From the NCBI GenBank assembly GCA_038228545.1, contig JBBRPE010000003.1, positions 64,442-128,441 of the forward strand: DNA of 64,000 nt, read 5' to 3'. The translations under genes were made by a program, and so were the position numbers. This stretch comes from Minisyncoccia bacterium. Lineage in GTDB: Bacteria; Patescibacteriota; Minisyncoccia; Phycocordibacterales; Phycocordibacteraceae. The notes below the pieces were generated by a model, which was given only the letters and a program-made list of their open reading frames with translations, made no database searches and was not told where the DNA came from. Positions 37,043 through 46,237 of this stretch are shown piece by piece (the first letter of the stretch is position 1; the number at the start of each line of letters is the position of its first letter).

Positions 37043-38135
37043 CGGTCCGGAAGGAACGGCGATTCACATCATCGGCACGGGTCTTTCCCAAACAGCCGGC
37101 ATGCGCCACGGCTACGTCGTCGATGCGGAAGATGTTGCGGCAAGTGTACGCGCCGCAAAGCACCAGGCAGAGCAAACGGCGCGGGTCGCGCTGAAGAAAG
37201 GTTTCCTTGCCATTGGTGGTGTATCGCTCGATGAGGTGCGTGCGTCAGGGACTACAATAATTTCGCGAGCGGACCAGGAAATTACGGAGCTCGACATGGA
37301 CAAGACACTCGACGCCGCGCGCGAAGCCGCGGCGCCCAATTTTTTAAATAGAAAGATTCTGCATGAAATTCCACTCGAGTATCGTGTGGACGGTGCGAAG
37401 TCGCTCGGAGAGCCGTATGGCCTCAAGGGCACACGCCTGGAAGCTGATTACCTTTTCATAACGTGCCTCGCACAGCATGAGGCTTCACTCACTCAAGCAG
37501 CTGAGGCAGCAGATATTGAAGTCATCGACCGCATGGCCTCCCCACTTGCTGGCTCCTACGTCACACTCACTAAAGATCAAAAAATGAAGGGGTGTGTGCT
37601 TGCCAATATCGGGTCTGAGACCGTTTCTATAGTGGTCTACGACGAAGGTGTTCCTCTTTCCGTAAAGGTCTTCCCTGTTGGTTCAACTAATATCACTGAC
37701 GACCTCGCACTCGGATTTAAAATATCGCTTGAAGATGCAGAGCGCCTCAAGATGGGTAGACTTGGTGGCTCCATGTATCCGCGTAAGAAAGTGGAAGAAG
37801 TTATTGCCGCTCGTTTCCGACACATGTTCGATTTGATTGATAAACATTTGAAAGTACTTGGTCGCAAAGGTGCGCTTCCTGCGGGCATTATTATTTCCGG
37901 CGGTGGTTCCGGGCAAGGTTCCATTGCAGACATTGCAAAAGGTTCACTCTCACTTCCCTCGCGCATTGCAGATATGAAAGTCGGTACGGATAGCAAGGTC
38001 CGCGACGCAACGTGGGCAGTCGCGTACGGTCTCGCGCTCTGGGGACTCACTGGCGACACGGAAACACCAAAGAAAAAGCCGCTCGCAGGAATCGGAATGA
38101 CGTTTGAACGCTTTTTCAAGCAGTTTTTGCCCTAA
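36969..38135 (+). CDS. ftsA: Cell division protein FtsA
   Basis: Actin-fold ATPase. IATGIDIGTHHTKVVVVE. Upstream of ftsZ. Confidence 0.85.
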   Translation: MARRIATGIDIGTHHTKVVVVEEVSGPEGTAIHIIGTGLSQTAGMRHGYVVDAEDVAASVRAAKHQAEQTARVALKKGFLAIGGVSLDEVRASGTTIISRADQEITELDMDKTLDAAREAAAPNFLNRKILHEIPLEYRVDGAKSLGEPYGLKGTRLEADYLFITCLAQHEASLTQAAEAADIEVIDRMASPLAGSYVTLTKDQKMKGCVLANIGSETVSIVVYDEGVPLSVKVFPVGSTNITDDLALGFKISLEDAERLKMGRLGGSMYPRKKVEEVIAARFRHMFDLIDKHLKVLGRKGALPAGIIISGGGSGQGSIADIAKGSLSLPSRIADMKVGTDSKVRDATWAVAYGLALWGLTGDTETPKKKPLAGIGMTFERFFKQFLP

Positions 38136-38235
38136 AAAGACGAAACAAACGGGACGCTTGTCAATATTTGCGTAATCACGTGCCCTGGTATCATGAGCGC
38201 ACCATATTGGCGACTATTAATTACCTGATTATTTT

Positions 38236-39513
38236 ATGTCTAAGCGCGTTGAACCTGAGATTGAGACTTTTGCACGCATCCGCGTGGTGGGCGTAGGCGG
38301 TTCTGGTGGCAATGCAGTCAACCACATGATCAACTCCAAAGTGAAGGGAGTTGAGTTTATCGCGGTTAACTCCGATGCTCAGGACCTACACCGTTCACTC
38401 GCTAAGCGCAAAATCCACATTGGTAAGAATCTCACCCGCGGTCTCGGCACCGGAATGAATCCTGAGCTCGGCAAGCGTGCTGCTGAAGAGACTCGCCAGG
38501 AAATCCAGGAAGCTCTACAGGGTTCCGACATGGTGTTCATCACCTGCGGTATGGGTGGCGGTACTGGTACCGGCGCATCCGCAGTTGTCGCGAAGATGGC
38601 GAAGGAAATCGGTGCACTCACCATTGCGGTTGTTACGCGCCCATTCTCATTCGAGGGAGCACAGCGCAAGGACATCGCTGAGCATGGACTCGCAGAACTC
38701 AAGAAGGAAGTAGACGCCTTCATCATCATTCCAAACGACAAGCTTCTCGCTATCGTTGAGGCGCAGACCTCTGCAAAGTCAGCATTCGCTATGGCCGATG
38801 AAATTCTTCGTCAGGCAGTGGAGGGTGTTTCCGACATCATCACGACACCGGGAGAAATCAATACAGACTTCAACGACATCAAGACCATTATGGAAGGAGC
38901 TGGTCCTGCACTCATGGGTATCGGTATCGCTGACGGCGACCGTCGTGCACAGGACGCAGCCGCTATGGCCGTCAATTCTCCTCTCCTCGATGTCTCTATC
39001 GCAGGCGCGAAGGGCGTACTCTTCGTTGTTGCAGGCTCCGACGATCTCGGCATTCTCGAGGTGCAGGAAGCAGCTAAGGTTATCAGCGACTCCGTTGATA
39101 AGCAGGCACGCGTTATCTTCGGTATCATGCGCGACGAGAAGCTCAAGAAGGGCCAAATCCGCATTATCGTCATCGCTACCGGATTCCCGGAGTCTGAGGC
39201 AGCTGACACGGGCTCAAATGGCCCTGAGCGCTCGCTCTTCGCGATGCCGGCCAAGGAACAGGAAGAGAGTCGCGGAAAGATTTTTAACGACGTCATGAGG
39301 CGCGAGGCAGGCGTAGAGCCAGCCCCGGCTCCGGCCGTCGAAGAAGCTTCTAAGGAGATTCTTCGCCGCGAGGAGCCCATCGTAACGGCTCAGCCAAAGC
39401 CGCGTGATGAGACCCCGAAGACGGTCACTCCCCCATCGGCAAACAAGCCCGCTGAAGAAGAGGACGACGCCTGGGGCGCCATTCCAAACTTCCTCCGCCG
39501 TCACAAGAAATAG
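38236..39513 (+). CDS. ftsZ: Cell division protein FtsZ
   Basis: GVGGSGGNAVNHM and tubulin signature GGGTGTG. C-terminal tail. Confidence 0.95.
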   Translation: MSKRVEPEIETFARIRVVGVGGSGGNAVNHMINSKVKGVEFIAVNSDAQDLHRSLAKRKIHIGKNLTRGLGTGMNPELGKRAAEETRQEIQEALQGSDMVFITCGMGGGTGTGASAVVAKMAKEIGALTIAVVTRPFSFEGAQRKDIAEHGLAELKKEVDAFIIIPNDKLLAIVEAQTSAKSAFAMADEILRQAVEGVSDIITTPGEINTDFNDIKTIMEGAGPALMGIGIADGDRRAQDAAAMAVNSPLLDVSIAGAKGVLFVVAGSDDLGILEVQEAAKVISDSVDKQARVIFGIMRDEKLKKGQIRIIVIATGFPESEAADTGSNGPERSLFAMPAKEQEESRGKIFNDVMRREAGVEPAPAPAVEEASKEILRREEPIVTAQPKPRDETPKTVTPPSANKPAEEEDDAWGAIPNFLRRHKK

Positions 39514-39594
39514 ACCGGCAACAAAAAGAAATCCCGCTTTGCGGGATTTCTTTTTACACAGGTCAAGTCAACTTAACTTTGCTATACTGCGCAC

Positions 39595-40518
39595 ATGAAA
39601 GATCTCATCATCATCGGCGGCGGACCAGCAGGAATTGCAGCAGGAGTGTACGCAGCGCGTAAGCGTCTGCGTTCCTGCCTTATTACCGAAACTATCGGTG
39701 GACAATCGACTGATTCACTTGGCGTGGAAAATTGGATAGGCACTGTAAAGATTGCCGGCATAGATATGGCTAAGGCATTTCGTGAGCATCTCGACGCATA
39801 CAGAGGCGATATTGTTGAAGTAGCTGAAGGCGAGCGTGTTGCAAAACTCGAGAAGACTGAGGCAGGATTTACAGCAACCACAGTAAGCGGTACGACGCAT
39901 AGCGCTCGCGCCGTACTCATCGCTTCCGGAGCCGCTCGGCGCAAGCTCGCTATTCCTGGCGCTCTCGAATACGAGAACAAGGGTGTTGTGTATTGTGCTT
40001 CCTGCGACGGACCTCTCTTCGCAGACCAGGACGTCGCAGTCGTCGGCGGTGGCAATGCTGGCCTTGAGACCTGCGCGCAGCTTCTCGCCTACTGCAAGAG
40101 CGTCACGCTCATACATCGTCACGACATGCTGAAGGGAGACAAGATAACCGTCGAGAAACTTTCCTCAAATCCTAAGTTCAAGACGATTTGTAAGTCCGAA
40201 CCCTCGGAAATAACCGGTGATAAATTCGTTAGTGGAATGAAGGTAAAAAATCGCGATACAGGTGAAGAGATTTCACTTGCGGTCACGGGAGTGTTCGTGG
40301 AGATCGGCGTCATTCCTAGTACTGATTTTGCTACAGGACTTGTTGATATGGACGAAGTAAAGCGCATCAAGATAGACGCGAGGAACCAGCACACGAGTGT
40401 GGATGGCATATGGGCTGCCGGCGACTGTACCGACGAGCTTTACCATCAGAACAATATTGCCGCTGGAGACGCCGTGAAGGCCCTCGAGGACATTTACCAG
40501 TACCTCATGGCGCATTAG
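39595..40518 (+). CDS. trxB: Thioredoxin reductase
   Basis: FAD motif IIGGGPAG. Redox-active CASCDG. NADPH motif VVGGGNAG. Confidence 0.85.
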   Translation: MKDLIIIGGGPAGIAAGVYAARKRLRSCLITETIGGQSTDSLGVENWIGTVKIAGIDMAKAFREHLDAYRGDIVEVAEGERVAKLEKTEAGFTATTVSGTTHSARAVLIASGAARRKLAIPGALEYENKGVVYCASCDGPLFADQDVAVVGGGNAGLETCAQLLAYCKSVTLIHRHDMLKGDKITVEKLSSNPKFKTICKSEPSEITGDKFVSGMKVKNRDTGEEISLAVTGVFVEIGVIPSTDFATGLVDMDEVKRIKIDARNQHTSVDGIWAAGDCTDELYHQNNIAAGDAVKALEDIYQYLMAH

Positions 40519-40568
40519 CGGCACATACAGTCTTCGGCCACCGATTTCTCGGCGGCCGTTGAAGGTAC

Positions 40569-41063
40569 TTATTGTCTCCGTTCATGGAGAAACGGAAAGG
40601 GGTAAACATTTGCCGGTAGCCGATGGCGTTGGTCGTCGAGATTATCCGGGATAAGCACCCAGTTCGCCATACTACCGAAACCGATACACTCGTCGTCGGT
40701 TAGAAACCGACGCACGGAAATCACTCCGATACTGCGAGCTCCCGCAAAACTTGCGGAGAGCATCGACGATAGCAACGATTGCGCGAATAGAAGTCCGCCA
40801 ACAATGACAACATGCCGACCGGCGGTTTCGGAATACGTGCGGTAGTCGCAGTCTGCATTTCGTCCCTCGGCGAACGTAGCTGCGTGCAGTTCGATTCCTC
40901 CCTCTTCTCCTGGCCAGAAGATGATTGTCTCTTTTTCATCAGATGCCCACTCGACCAGGTCGAGTACTTCTGCACACACGTCTTGTAAACGCGTGTGCAT
41001 ATACAAGTGACTACAGAGGCAGTTGCACGCACTCTTGACGCGCTCTTTAGAAATTCCTGACAT
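40569..41063 (-). CDS. Hypothetical protein
   Basis: 164 aa. No confident motif. The start may be internal. Confidence 0.35.
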   Translation of the reverse strand: MSGISKERVKSACNCLCSHLYMHTRLQDVCAEVLDLVEWASDEKETIIFWPGEEGGIELHAATFAEGRNADCDYRTYSETAGRHVVIVGGLLFAQSLLSSMLSASFAGARSIGVISVRRFLTDDECIGFGSMANWVLIPDNLDDQRHRLPANVYPFPFLHERRQ

Positions 41064-41133
41064 AACGTCCCCTTGTTACAATTCCGTCCAAGAACAGTGG
41101 ACCTGCTCCTACCCTAGCATGACGAGAAAAGTA

Positions 41134-41158
41134 AAAACCACCCGTGAGGGTGGTTTTT
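41134..41158. terminator. Bidirectional intrinsic terminator (aaaaaccaccc-gtga-gggtggttttt)
   Basis: Perfect 11-bp stem with A/T tracts on both sides. Confidence 0.6.
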
Positions 41159-41176
41159 ACTTCGATTGTCGAGTGG

Positions 41177-41327
41177 CTTATGCAGCCGCCTCGTCAGTCT
41201 CCTCAGCAGGCATGTCGGTAGCAACTTCTTCTGCTTCCGTACCCTCTTCCATAGGATCAGCGGCAACGCCGTCCTTCATTTCATCGTCCATCATAGTGAT
41301 TTGGGAGAACAGCTCATTCCTTGGCAT
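41177..41327 (-). CDS. Small acidic protein (50 aa)
   Basis: Not in the 6-frame track. MPRNELFSQITMMDDEMKDGVAADPMEEGTEAEEVATDMPAEETDEAAA, followed by the terminator. No RBS checked. Confidence 0.3.
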
Positions 41328-41428
41328 AAACCAAAAAATAAAGCCGTCCAATTAAATTGGCTGGCAATCGACCTACCTCTGAAGTGTACCGTCCTGAGTA
41401 TGGGAATGCAATGAAGCTTCATTCGTAA

Positions 41429-41578
41429 GCAAGAAAGGTCCGCAGCCCGACACTCAGAAGTCGGGTTTTGCGTTGTCGTCTCCTAGCGAAATATGCCTAG
41501 AGCGCTTCGCTAGTCGGCATATTTCTTCTCGACTCTGCGCAAAACTACTCTGTCTTCGGAATAGCGGACCTTTCTTGC
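41429..41578 (+). repeat. Structured intergenic repeat, family X copy 2
   Basis: Outer helix gcaagaaaggtccgc/gcggacctttcttgc. Same conserved core as X1. Inner stem gaaatatgcc/ggcatatttc compensates relative to X1. Confidence 0.65.
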
Positions 41579-41628
41579 ATACTCATTCCGTACTGAACTT
41601 TAGCCATGAGAACGGAGCGAGCGGTCTT

Positions 41629-41775
41629 GAAATAAAAGAATTTCCTGTAAGCAGCCGTAGAATACGAAGCCAGCGAGGTGAGTCATCCGACCGAGGTCTT
41701 CGAGTGGCGGTGCGAGCCGATGGCTGGCGACTTATTCTACGTGTCGCCCTGGAAGGCGGAGTCCTCTTTTATTTT
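41629..41775. repeat. Intergenic repeat, family Y copy 1
   Basis: gaaataaaaga…[long imperfect hairpin ccgtagaata…tattctacg]…tcttttattt. About 95% identical to 56211-56346. Sits immediately 3' of the ATP-grasp gene stop. Confidence 0.6.
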
Positions 41776-42979
41776 AAGATTGCGAGCGGAGCACCATATC
41801 CCAAATAAGTGCCGCTACATTCCGTGGTTCCCCCTCAAACGGCAAATGATGATTATCGAAAAACGGCATTGAATTACATTCGATTACTCCGCATCGCTCC
41901 TGTTCCTTCCAGGACTTCGTAATGTCGTCGATGATGAAATCAATGCCCACAATTGATGCCTTAAGCACCCGCGCCACTTCTTCAAAGAGTTCCGCGTTGT
42001 CCGGATGTACGTCATCAGTAACGTCAGCCGTCGTACCTCCGACGCCCCAGTTTATTTTTTGATTGAGTAGTACTTTCTGGCAGTTTTCAGGAATACTGGA
42101 AAAGGTCATCTTTTGCCAAGCAAGCTCTTTTTCTGCATTGTCATCGAGCTTCATCTGGTGGAAATACGGTCCACTACGCTTCGGGTTCTTATTCGCTTCT
42201 TCTACGAGTTCAGCCACGGTGTGCGTGCCGTCACCAATAACGTATGGCTGGTCACGCCGCAGTGTTGCTGCCAGTTTTCCATCGACAACGGTCGCGCGAT
42301 ATACCGGGCCCACCAGCTCCTCTTCTATGACGGCTGCAGGGCAAATTTGAGTAGCAATCTTAAACGCGCGTTGGAGTTCTTCAAGAGAATCAATGTGCAA
42401 TAGCGTGTGGCGAGAGCCGGAACCGGAATACGGCTTCACAATAACAGGTGGTGTAAGTCCGTTATATATCTTCTTGGCTGCCCACCAATTACTTGCTGAG
42501 CCTCCGCGGGCGACCGGCAGTCCCAGCTTTGAGAAATGTTTCTTAAGAAGTGCTTTATTATCCAGCCATTGAACACGTTGTATAGAGCGCGGTGGAAGCG
42601 GTATACCCTCGTACACTATCTTCTTCCCATCGGGCAATCGCGCCATAAATATATTGCGCGGTAGATTAAAAAGACGTACTTCTTCTATCTGAATTCCACG
42701 AGTATCAGCTTCCTTCCATAACATGAGCGCAAGAAGTTGTGTGCTGTCGTCGGGCCGAGAGATGCGTGTGGCCCAGCCAAGACGCATAAAAAGCTCAAGC
42801 AAGTATGGCGTGAGAGCACGCTCTATGGCGGACGCTCCTTTGCCAAGCACGACCCCGACAAAGCCTGGGTCAAACATGGCGCGCATCGAATCATCGATGA
42901 GAATCGTGTAGTACGTCATCCCGTGAAAGATAGGATCGCCACCGCACTCGGCACACGCTTTTGCTTGAGGCATATTCAT
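41774..42979 (-). CDS. ATP-grasp domain protein (RimK/cyanophycin-synthetase-like ligase)
   Basis: C-terminal half has ATP-grasp pattern (VIVKPYSGSGSRHTLL…VIEEELVGPVYRATVVDGKL…GVIECNSMP). Confidence 0.5.
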   Translation of the reverse strand: MNMPQAKACAECGGDPIFHGMTYYTILIDDSMRAMFDPGFVGVVLGKGASAIERALTPYLLELFMRLGWATRISRPDDSTQLLALMLWKEADTRGIQIEEVRLFNLPRNIFMARLPDGKKIVYEGIPLPPRSIQRVQWLDNKALLKKHFSKLGLPVARGGSASNWWAAKKIYNGLTPPVIVKPYSGSGSRHTLLHIDSLEELQRAFKIATQICPAAVIEEELVGPVYRATVVDGKLAATLRRDQPYVIGDGTHTVAELVEEANKNPKRSGPYFHQMKLDDNAEKELAWQKMTFSSIPENCQKVLLNQKINWGVGGTTADVTDDVHPDNAELFEEVARVLKASIVGIDFIIDDITKSWKEQERCGVIECNSMPFFDNHHLPFEGEPRNVAALIWDMVLRSQS

Positions 42980-42983
42980 AGTG

Positions 42984-43298
42984 CTAATCCTTCCACGCCG
43001 ACGACATCAAATCGACTTTCTCACCTCGGAACGCTACTCCCTCTTTTTGAAGCATTTGTTTCTTGGTCGTAATTCCGTTTCCGAAGGCGTAGCCGGTGAG
43101 CGCGCCGTTTGCAGCAACAACACGATGGCACGGCACTGCTTTCGTGTCGTTGTTTTTACTCATTATCATTCCGACAGCGCGTGCAGCACCTGGCTTTCCC
43201 GCCAGACTCGCCACCTGTCCGTATGTTGCAGCTTTCCCTTTTGGGATTCTTGTTACGACAGCTCGTACACGCTCGGTAAACGTACCTATCGTTTTCAT
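42984..43298 (-). CDS. MGMT-family (6-O-methylguanine-DNA methyltransferase DNA-binding domain) protein
   Basis: Active-site-like PCHRVV with helix-turn-helix context. 104 aa. Confidence 0.7.
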   Translation of the reverse strand: MKTIGTFTERVRAVVTRIPKGKAATYGQVASLAGKPGAARAVGMIMSKNNDTKAVPCHRVVAANGALTGYAFGNGITTKKQMLQKEGVAFRGEKVDLMSSAWKD

Positions 43299-43554
43299 AT
43301 ACCTATTTTACCGTGTCTTTCGAAATCCAGAAACAAGCACTGTGTGTGGGCTATATCTAGATATGGAATGCGACACCGAGATAGTACGGCCAGATAATAA
43401 GTGCGAAAACCGCTGGCCAGAGAGTCAGTTGCAAATAACCGACGGTAAACAACCACGCGGCAATCCAAACACCTCCCCACAAACTATGGTGCTCTACTTT
43501 TATTTTTTCCATATACCTAGTATAGCAACGGAAAATCCGCCCGAAGGCGGTTTC

Positions 43555-43680
43555 CAGTTGCGGAGAGGGAGAGATGTGTCCTCACAAGAATGAGGCACGC
43601 ATCGGTCACAGATATTTTTCTGCTGAAAAATTCCGCGACCCCGCCTCGGCGCCGGCGCGCCTCCGGCTTTCGAATCTCCC
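43555..43680 (-). repeat. tRNA-flank structured repeat, copy C
   Basis: Minus strand reads gggagattcgaaa…gcggggtcgcgg-[hairpin atttttc/agca/gaaaaat]-…gtgaccgatgcgtgcctcattcttgtgaggacac. Then atctctccctctccgca, a copy of the tRNA-Ser 3' end. Confidence 0.6.
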
Positions 43681-43746
43681 ACGTCCAGTCCCCAACTGGA
43701 CTCCTCTCCACAAATGAAAAGACCCGCCTGTGCGGGTTTTCATTTG

Positions 43747-43833
43747 CGGAGAGGGAGAGATTCGAACTCTCGGTACAGTTTCCCATACGCCACATTTCGA
43801 GTGTGGTGCCTTCGACCACTCAGCCACCTCTCC
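43747..43833 (-). tRNA. tRNA-Ser (CGA)
   Basis: Long variable arm. Anticodon loop cuCGAaa. T-arm gagagttcgaatctctc. A terminator hairpin (cccgcacaggcggg) follows on the minus strand. Confidence 0.75.
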
Positions 43834-43998
43834 AGGTTGCTTCGCACACGGGGTGGCTTCGTGTCCTGCTCGGACACTCCCTTCGGATGAATTGTAGCCC
43901 CGCTACAATTCATAGCCACCTCTCCAGAGTCGAACGTTCGTAATCCTAGCATTTATGGCCCTAAAAATGTAGGATGTATCTGTTCCGACCTTATATAA

Positions 43999-44070
43999 GG
44001 TCCCATCGTCTAACGGTTAGGACGCGGCCCTTTCACGGCTGAAATCGGGGTTCGATTCCCCGTGGGATCA
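43999..44070 (+). tRNA. tRNA-Glu (TTC)
   Basis: ggtccca…cggccctTTCacggctg…cggggttcgattccccg tgggatc a. Terminator gccgccgcaaggcggtttt follows. Confidence 0.75.
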
Positions 44071-44142
44071 TGAGACACGAGCCGCCGCAAGGCGGTTTTG
44101 TGCTACATGGTCCCACGAGCACGATGTGGGACATCGTGCGGG

Positions 44143-44260
44143 GGAATCGAAACGCGGAGCCGTGTCGACGGCGAGCGGGGGTCGACCAAAATTGTAGCAA
44201 CGATTTATGGGTGACCGATGCGTGCCTGATTCCTATCTGGACACTTCCCCGTGGGATCAC
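44143..44260 (+). repeat. tRNA-flank structured repeat, copy B
   Basis: ggaatcgaaa…gggggtcgaccaaaat-[hairpin aaattg/tagcaa/cgattt]-atttatgggtgaccgatgcgtgcctgattcctatctggacac. Then ttccccgtgggatcac, a copy of the tRNA-Glu 3' end. Confidence 0.6.
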
Positions 44261-44328
44261 CAGTTCCGTCAATCTCGCGTTTGAGCACGATACAGTAAGA
44301 GCATCCTTACTCATTCGTCACCTAGTGT

Positions 44329-45342
44329 ATGAAAGCATCCCATATCGTACTTACCTCGCTCGTGTTTGCCGTTGTTGCCTTTTCCGGCGTCGGTGTAGAA
44401 ATAGCTAATGCACAGACGTCTACAAAGACCTGTGTCTCACTCTCGAGCAATATCCGCTACGGGACGACCGATGCGCGCACTGATGGCGACGTAAGCCGCC
44501 TTCAGGCGTTTCTTGTGACCCAGGGCCTTTTCAATCAGAACGACATGGGTACGCTCCACTTCGGACGCATCACGCTTGCATCCGTCGTAAAATTCCAAGC
44601 CCTAAACGGTCTCCCAACCACTGGATACGTCGGTCCTATGACTCGGTCTGCAATTAGCTCCATTACTTGTGGCGGAACTCCTACCTCGCCCGTGTCGCTC
44701 TATAGACTTAACCCGGGTATCAGCGCGGTCGGCTCAACAGTTTCTATTACCGGCTTCGGCTTCACGGCTAACAACACGGTTCTTATGGACGGTAGTGTTG
44801 CGGCACGCGACGTACCCATAACGTCTTCCATCGCCATCGCCTGCACAACCAGCCCGTCATGCCATGGCGGAATCAATCAGACGATTCAATTCACCATTCC
44901 GTCCTCCCTTGCACCAAACTGCCCTATCGGCTCCATGTGTCCGATGTACATGCGCCTCGTAACACCTGCTACGTATCAGATAACGGTTCAAAATGATAAT
45001 GGCACTAGCAACACGCTCTCATTGGTAATCGGCACACTGAACGGAACCCAAACACTTTCCATTACGAGCCTCGATGCTCCATCGTCACTCTCGAGTGGCC
45101 AGACCGGAACATGGACCGTACATGCGCAGTCGTGGGCGAACATGAATCTTCACTACTCGGTGGTATGGGGAGATGAAGTAAGCTATGGCGTGACTTCAAA
45201 TGTTGCGGCTATGGAAACCACATCAAGTTCTGCTACCTTCACACACGTATACTCTCGCGGAGGTACCTATACACCCACGTTTACCGTTACGGATGACCAA
45301 GGCCACAACGTGACCGCATCCAATACCCTCACGGTCTACTAG
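44329..45342 (+). CDS. Secreted peptidoglycan-binding-domain protein with Ig/PKD-like repeats
   Basis: Signal peptide. PG_binding_1-like segment (DVSRLQAFLVTQGLF…FQALNGLPTTGYVGPMT). Thr/Ser-rich beta-repeat C-terminus. Confidence 0.55.
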   Translation: MKASHIVLTSLVFAVVAFSGVGVEIANAQTSTKTCVSLSSNIRYGTTDARTDGDVSRLQAFLVTQGLFNQNDMGTLHFGRITLASVVKFQALNGLPTTGYVGPMTRSAISSITCGGTPTSPVSLYRLNPGISAVGSTVSITGFGFTANNTVLMDGSVAARDVPITSSIAIACTTSPSCHGGINQTIQFTIPSSLAPNCPIGSMCPMYMRLVTPATYQITVQNDNGTSNTLSLVIGTLNGTQTLSITSLDAPSSLSSGQTGTWTVHAQSWANMNLHYSVVWGDEVSYGVTSNVAAMETTSSSATFTHVYSRGGTYTPTFTVTDDQGHNVTASNTLTVY

Positions 45343-45346
45343 CTCG

Positions 45347-45967
45347 CTAGAGTCCGAGTTCTTCCCTACTGATTGCCCCTTCACGGAGAATATAGGGTGT
45401 GCCATCGATAAACGTAACCACAGTAGAGGGTGTCCCGCCCGCACGCTCTCCAGCGTCAATCACCATGTCTATGAGATGCGAGAACTGTCCGAATTGACTG
45501 AGTATTTCTTGCACAGTAGCCAGTGTTTGAAATCCCGAACGATTTGCAGATGTAGCGGTAATAGGCCCATCGAGTGCGTGCGCGAGTGCACGAGCAAAGT
45601 CTTCGTCCGGTATACGCACACCCACCTGCCCATTCAACATGAGTTCGTCAGGAAGATGGCTCCTACCGGGGACAACAAGAGTGAGCGCTCCAGGAAGATG
45701 TCGTTGTATAAGTTCACGACCCTTCTCGTGCAGCTCGGTGTGTTTTTCTACTGCAGTCATATCCATAAGCACGATTGAAATTGGTTTCTTTTTTTCACGT
45801 CCTTTGAGCTCACGAAGTGTCGCAAGTGCTGGCCGATTAAGTGCGTCCACTGCGAGGCCGTAGAGTGTATCCGTTGGATAGAGCACGATGCCACCTTTCT
45901 TAAGGACATCACGAGCGCGCGACAGTGCCGTGTCGAATGTATCCTCGCTGAGACGGATAATTTCCAT
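45347..45967 (-). CDS. tsaC: L-threonylcarbamoyladenylate synthase (YrdC/Sua5 family)
   Basis: YPTDTLYGLAVDA and SANRSG motifs. 206 aa. Confidence 0.8.
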   Translation of the reverse strand: MEIIRLSEDTFDTALSRARDVLKKGGIVLYPTDTLYGLAVDALNRPALATLRELKGREKKKPISIVLMDMTAVEKHTELHEKGRELIQRHLPGALTLVVPGRSHLPDELMLNGQVGVRIPDEDFARALAHALDGPITATSANRSGFQTLATVQEILSQFGQFSHLIDMVIDAGERAGGTPSTVVTFIDGTPYILREGAISREELGL

Positions 45968-46010
45968 ATATTGAATACTAGGCTAAGAATTGCTATTCTG
46001 CGAGAGTTCT

Positions 46011-46053
46011 GCGCGGTTACCTGCCTGCCGGCAGGCAGGGCTCAGTTGGTAAG
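46011..46053 (+). pseudogene. tRNA-Val 5' fragment duplicate interrupted by a 20-bp perfect palindrome
   Basis: gcgcggtta-CCTGCCTGCCGGCAGGCAGG-gctcagttggtaag versus the tRNA-Val 5' end gcgcggttagctcagttggtagag, which lies 17 nt downstream. Confidence 0.5.
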
Positions 46054-46069
46054 TTGAATGTGTGAATAT

Positions 46070-46142
46070 GCGCGGTTAGCTCAGTTGGTAGAGCGCGTCA
46101 TTGACGTTGACGATGTCGGGGGTTCGAATCCCTCACCGCGCA
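46070..46142 (+). tRNA. tRNA-Val (GAC)
   Basis: gcgcggt…cgtcaTTGACGTtgacg…ggggttcgaatccc…accgcgc a. Anticodon GAC. Confidence 0.75.
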
Positions 46143-46237
46143 CAAAACGAAGTCGCCTCAAGCGTAAGCTTGGGACTGCTATCGTTTTGCAGTAGCGGTG
46201 AGAGATTCGAAAACCGTGCGACTGAATCCCAGTATTT

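Noticed and set aside
41473-41808. ORFs 41473..41808(+) and 56197..56820(+) sharing the peptide …SDRGLRVAVRADGWRLILRVALEG…
   Set aside because: Shared peptide is the translation of the family Y nucleotide repeat. No RBS. Frames break immediately outside the repeat.
43836-43925. Possible second tRNA or intron upstream of tRNA-Ser (repeat of ggagaggtggct plus perfect hairpin atgaattgtagc-ggg-gctacaattcat)
   Set aside because: Does not fold into a cloverleaf. Recorded as a 5'-fragment duplication of the kind seen at other tRNAs, rather than a gene.
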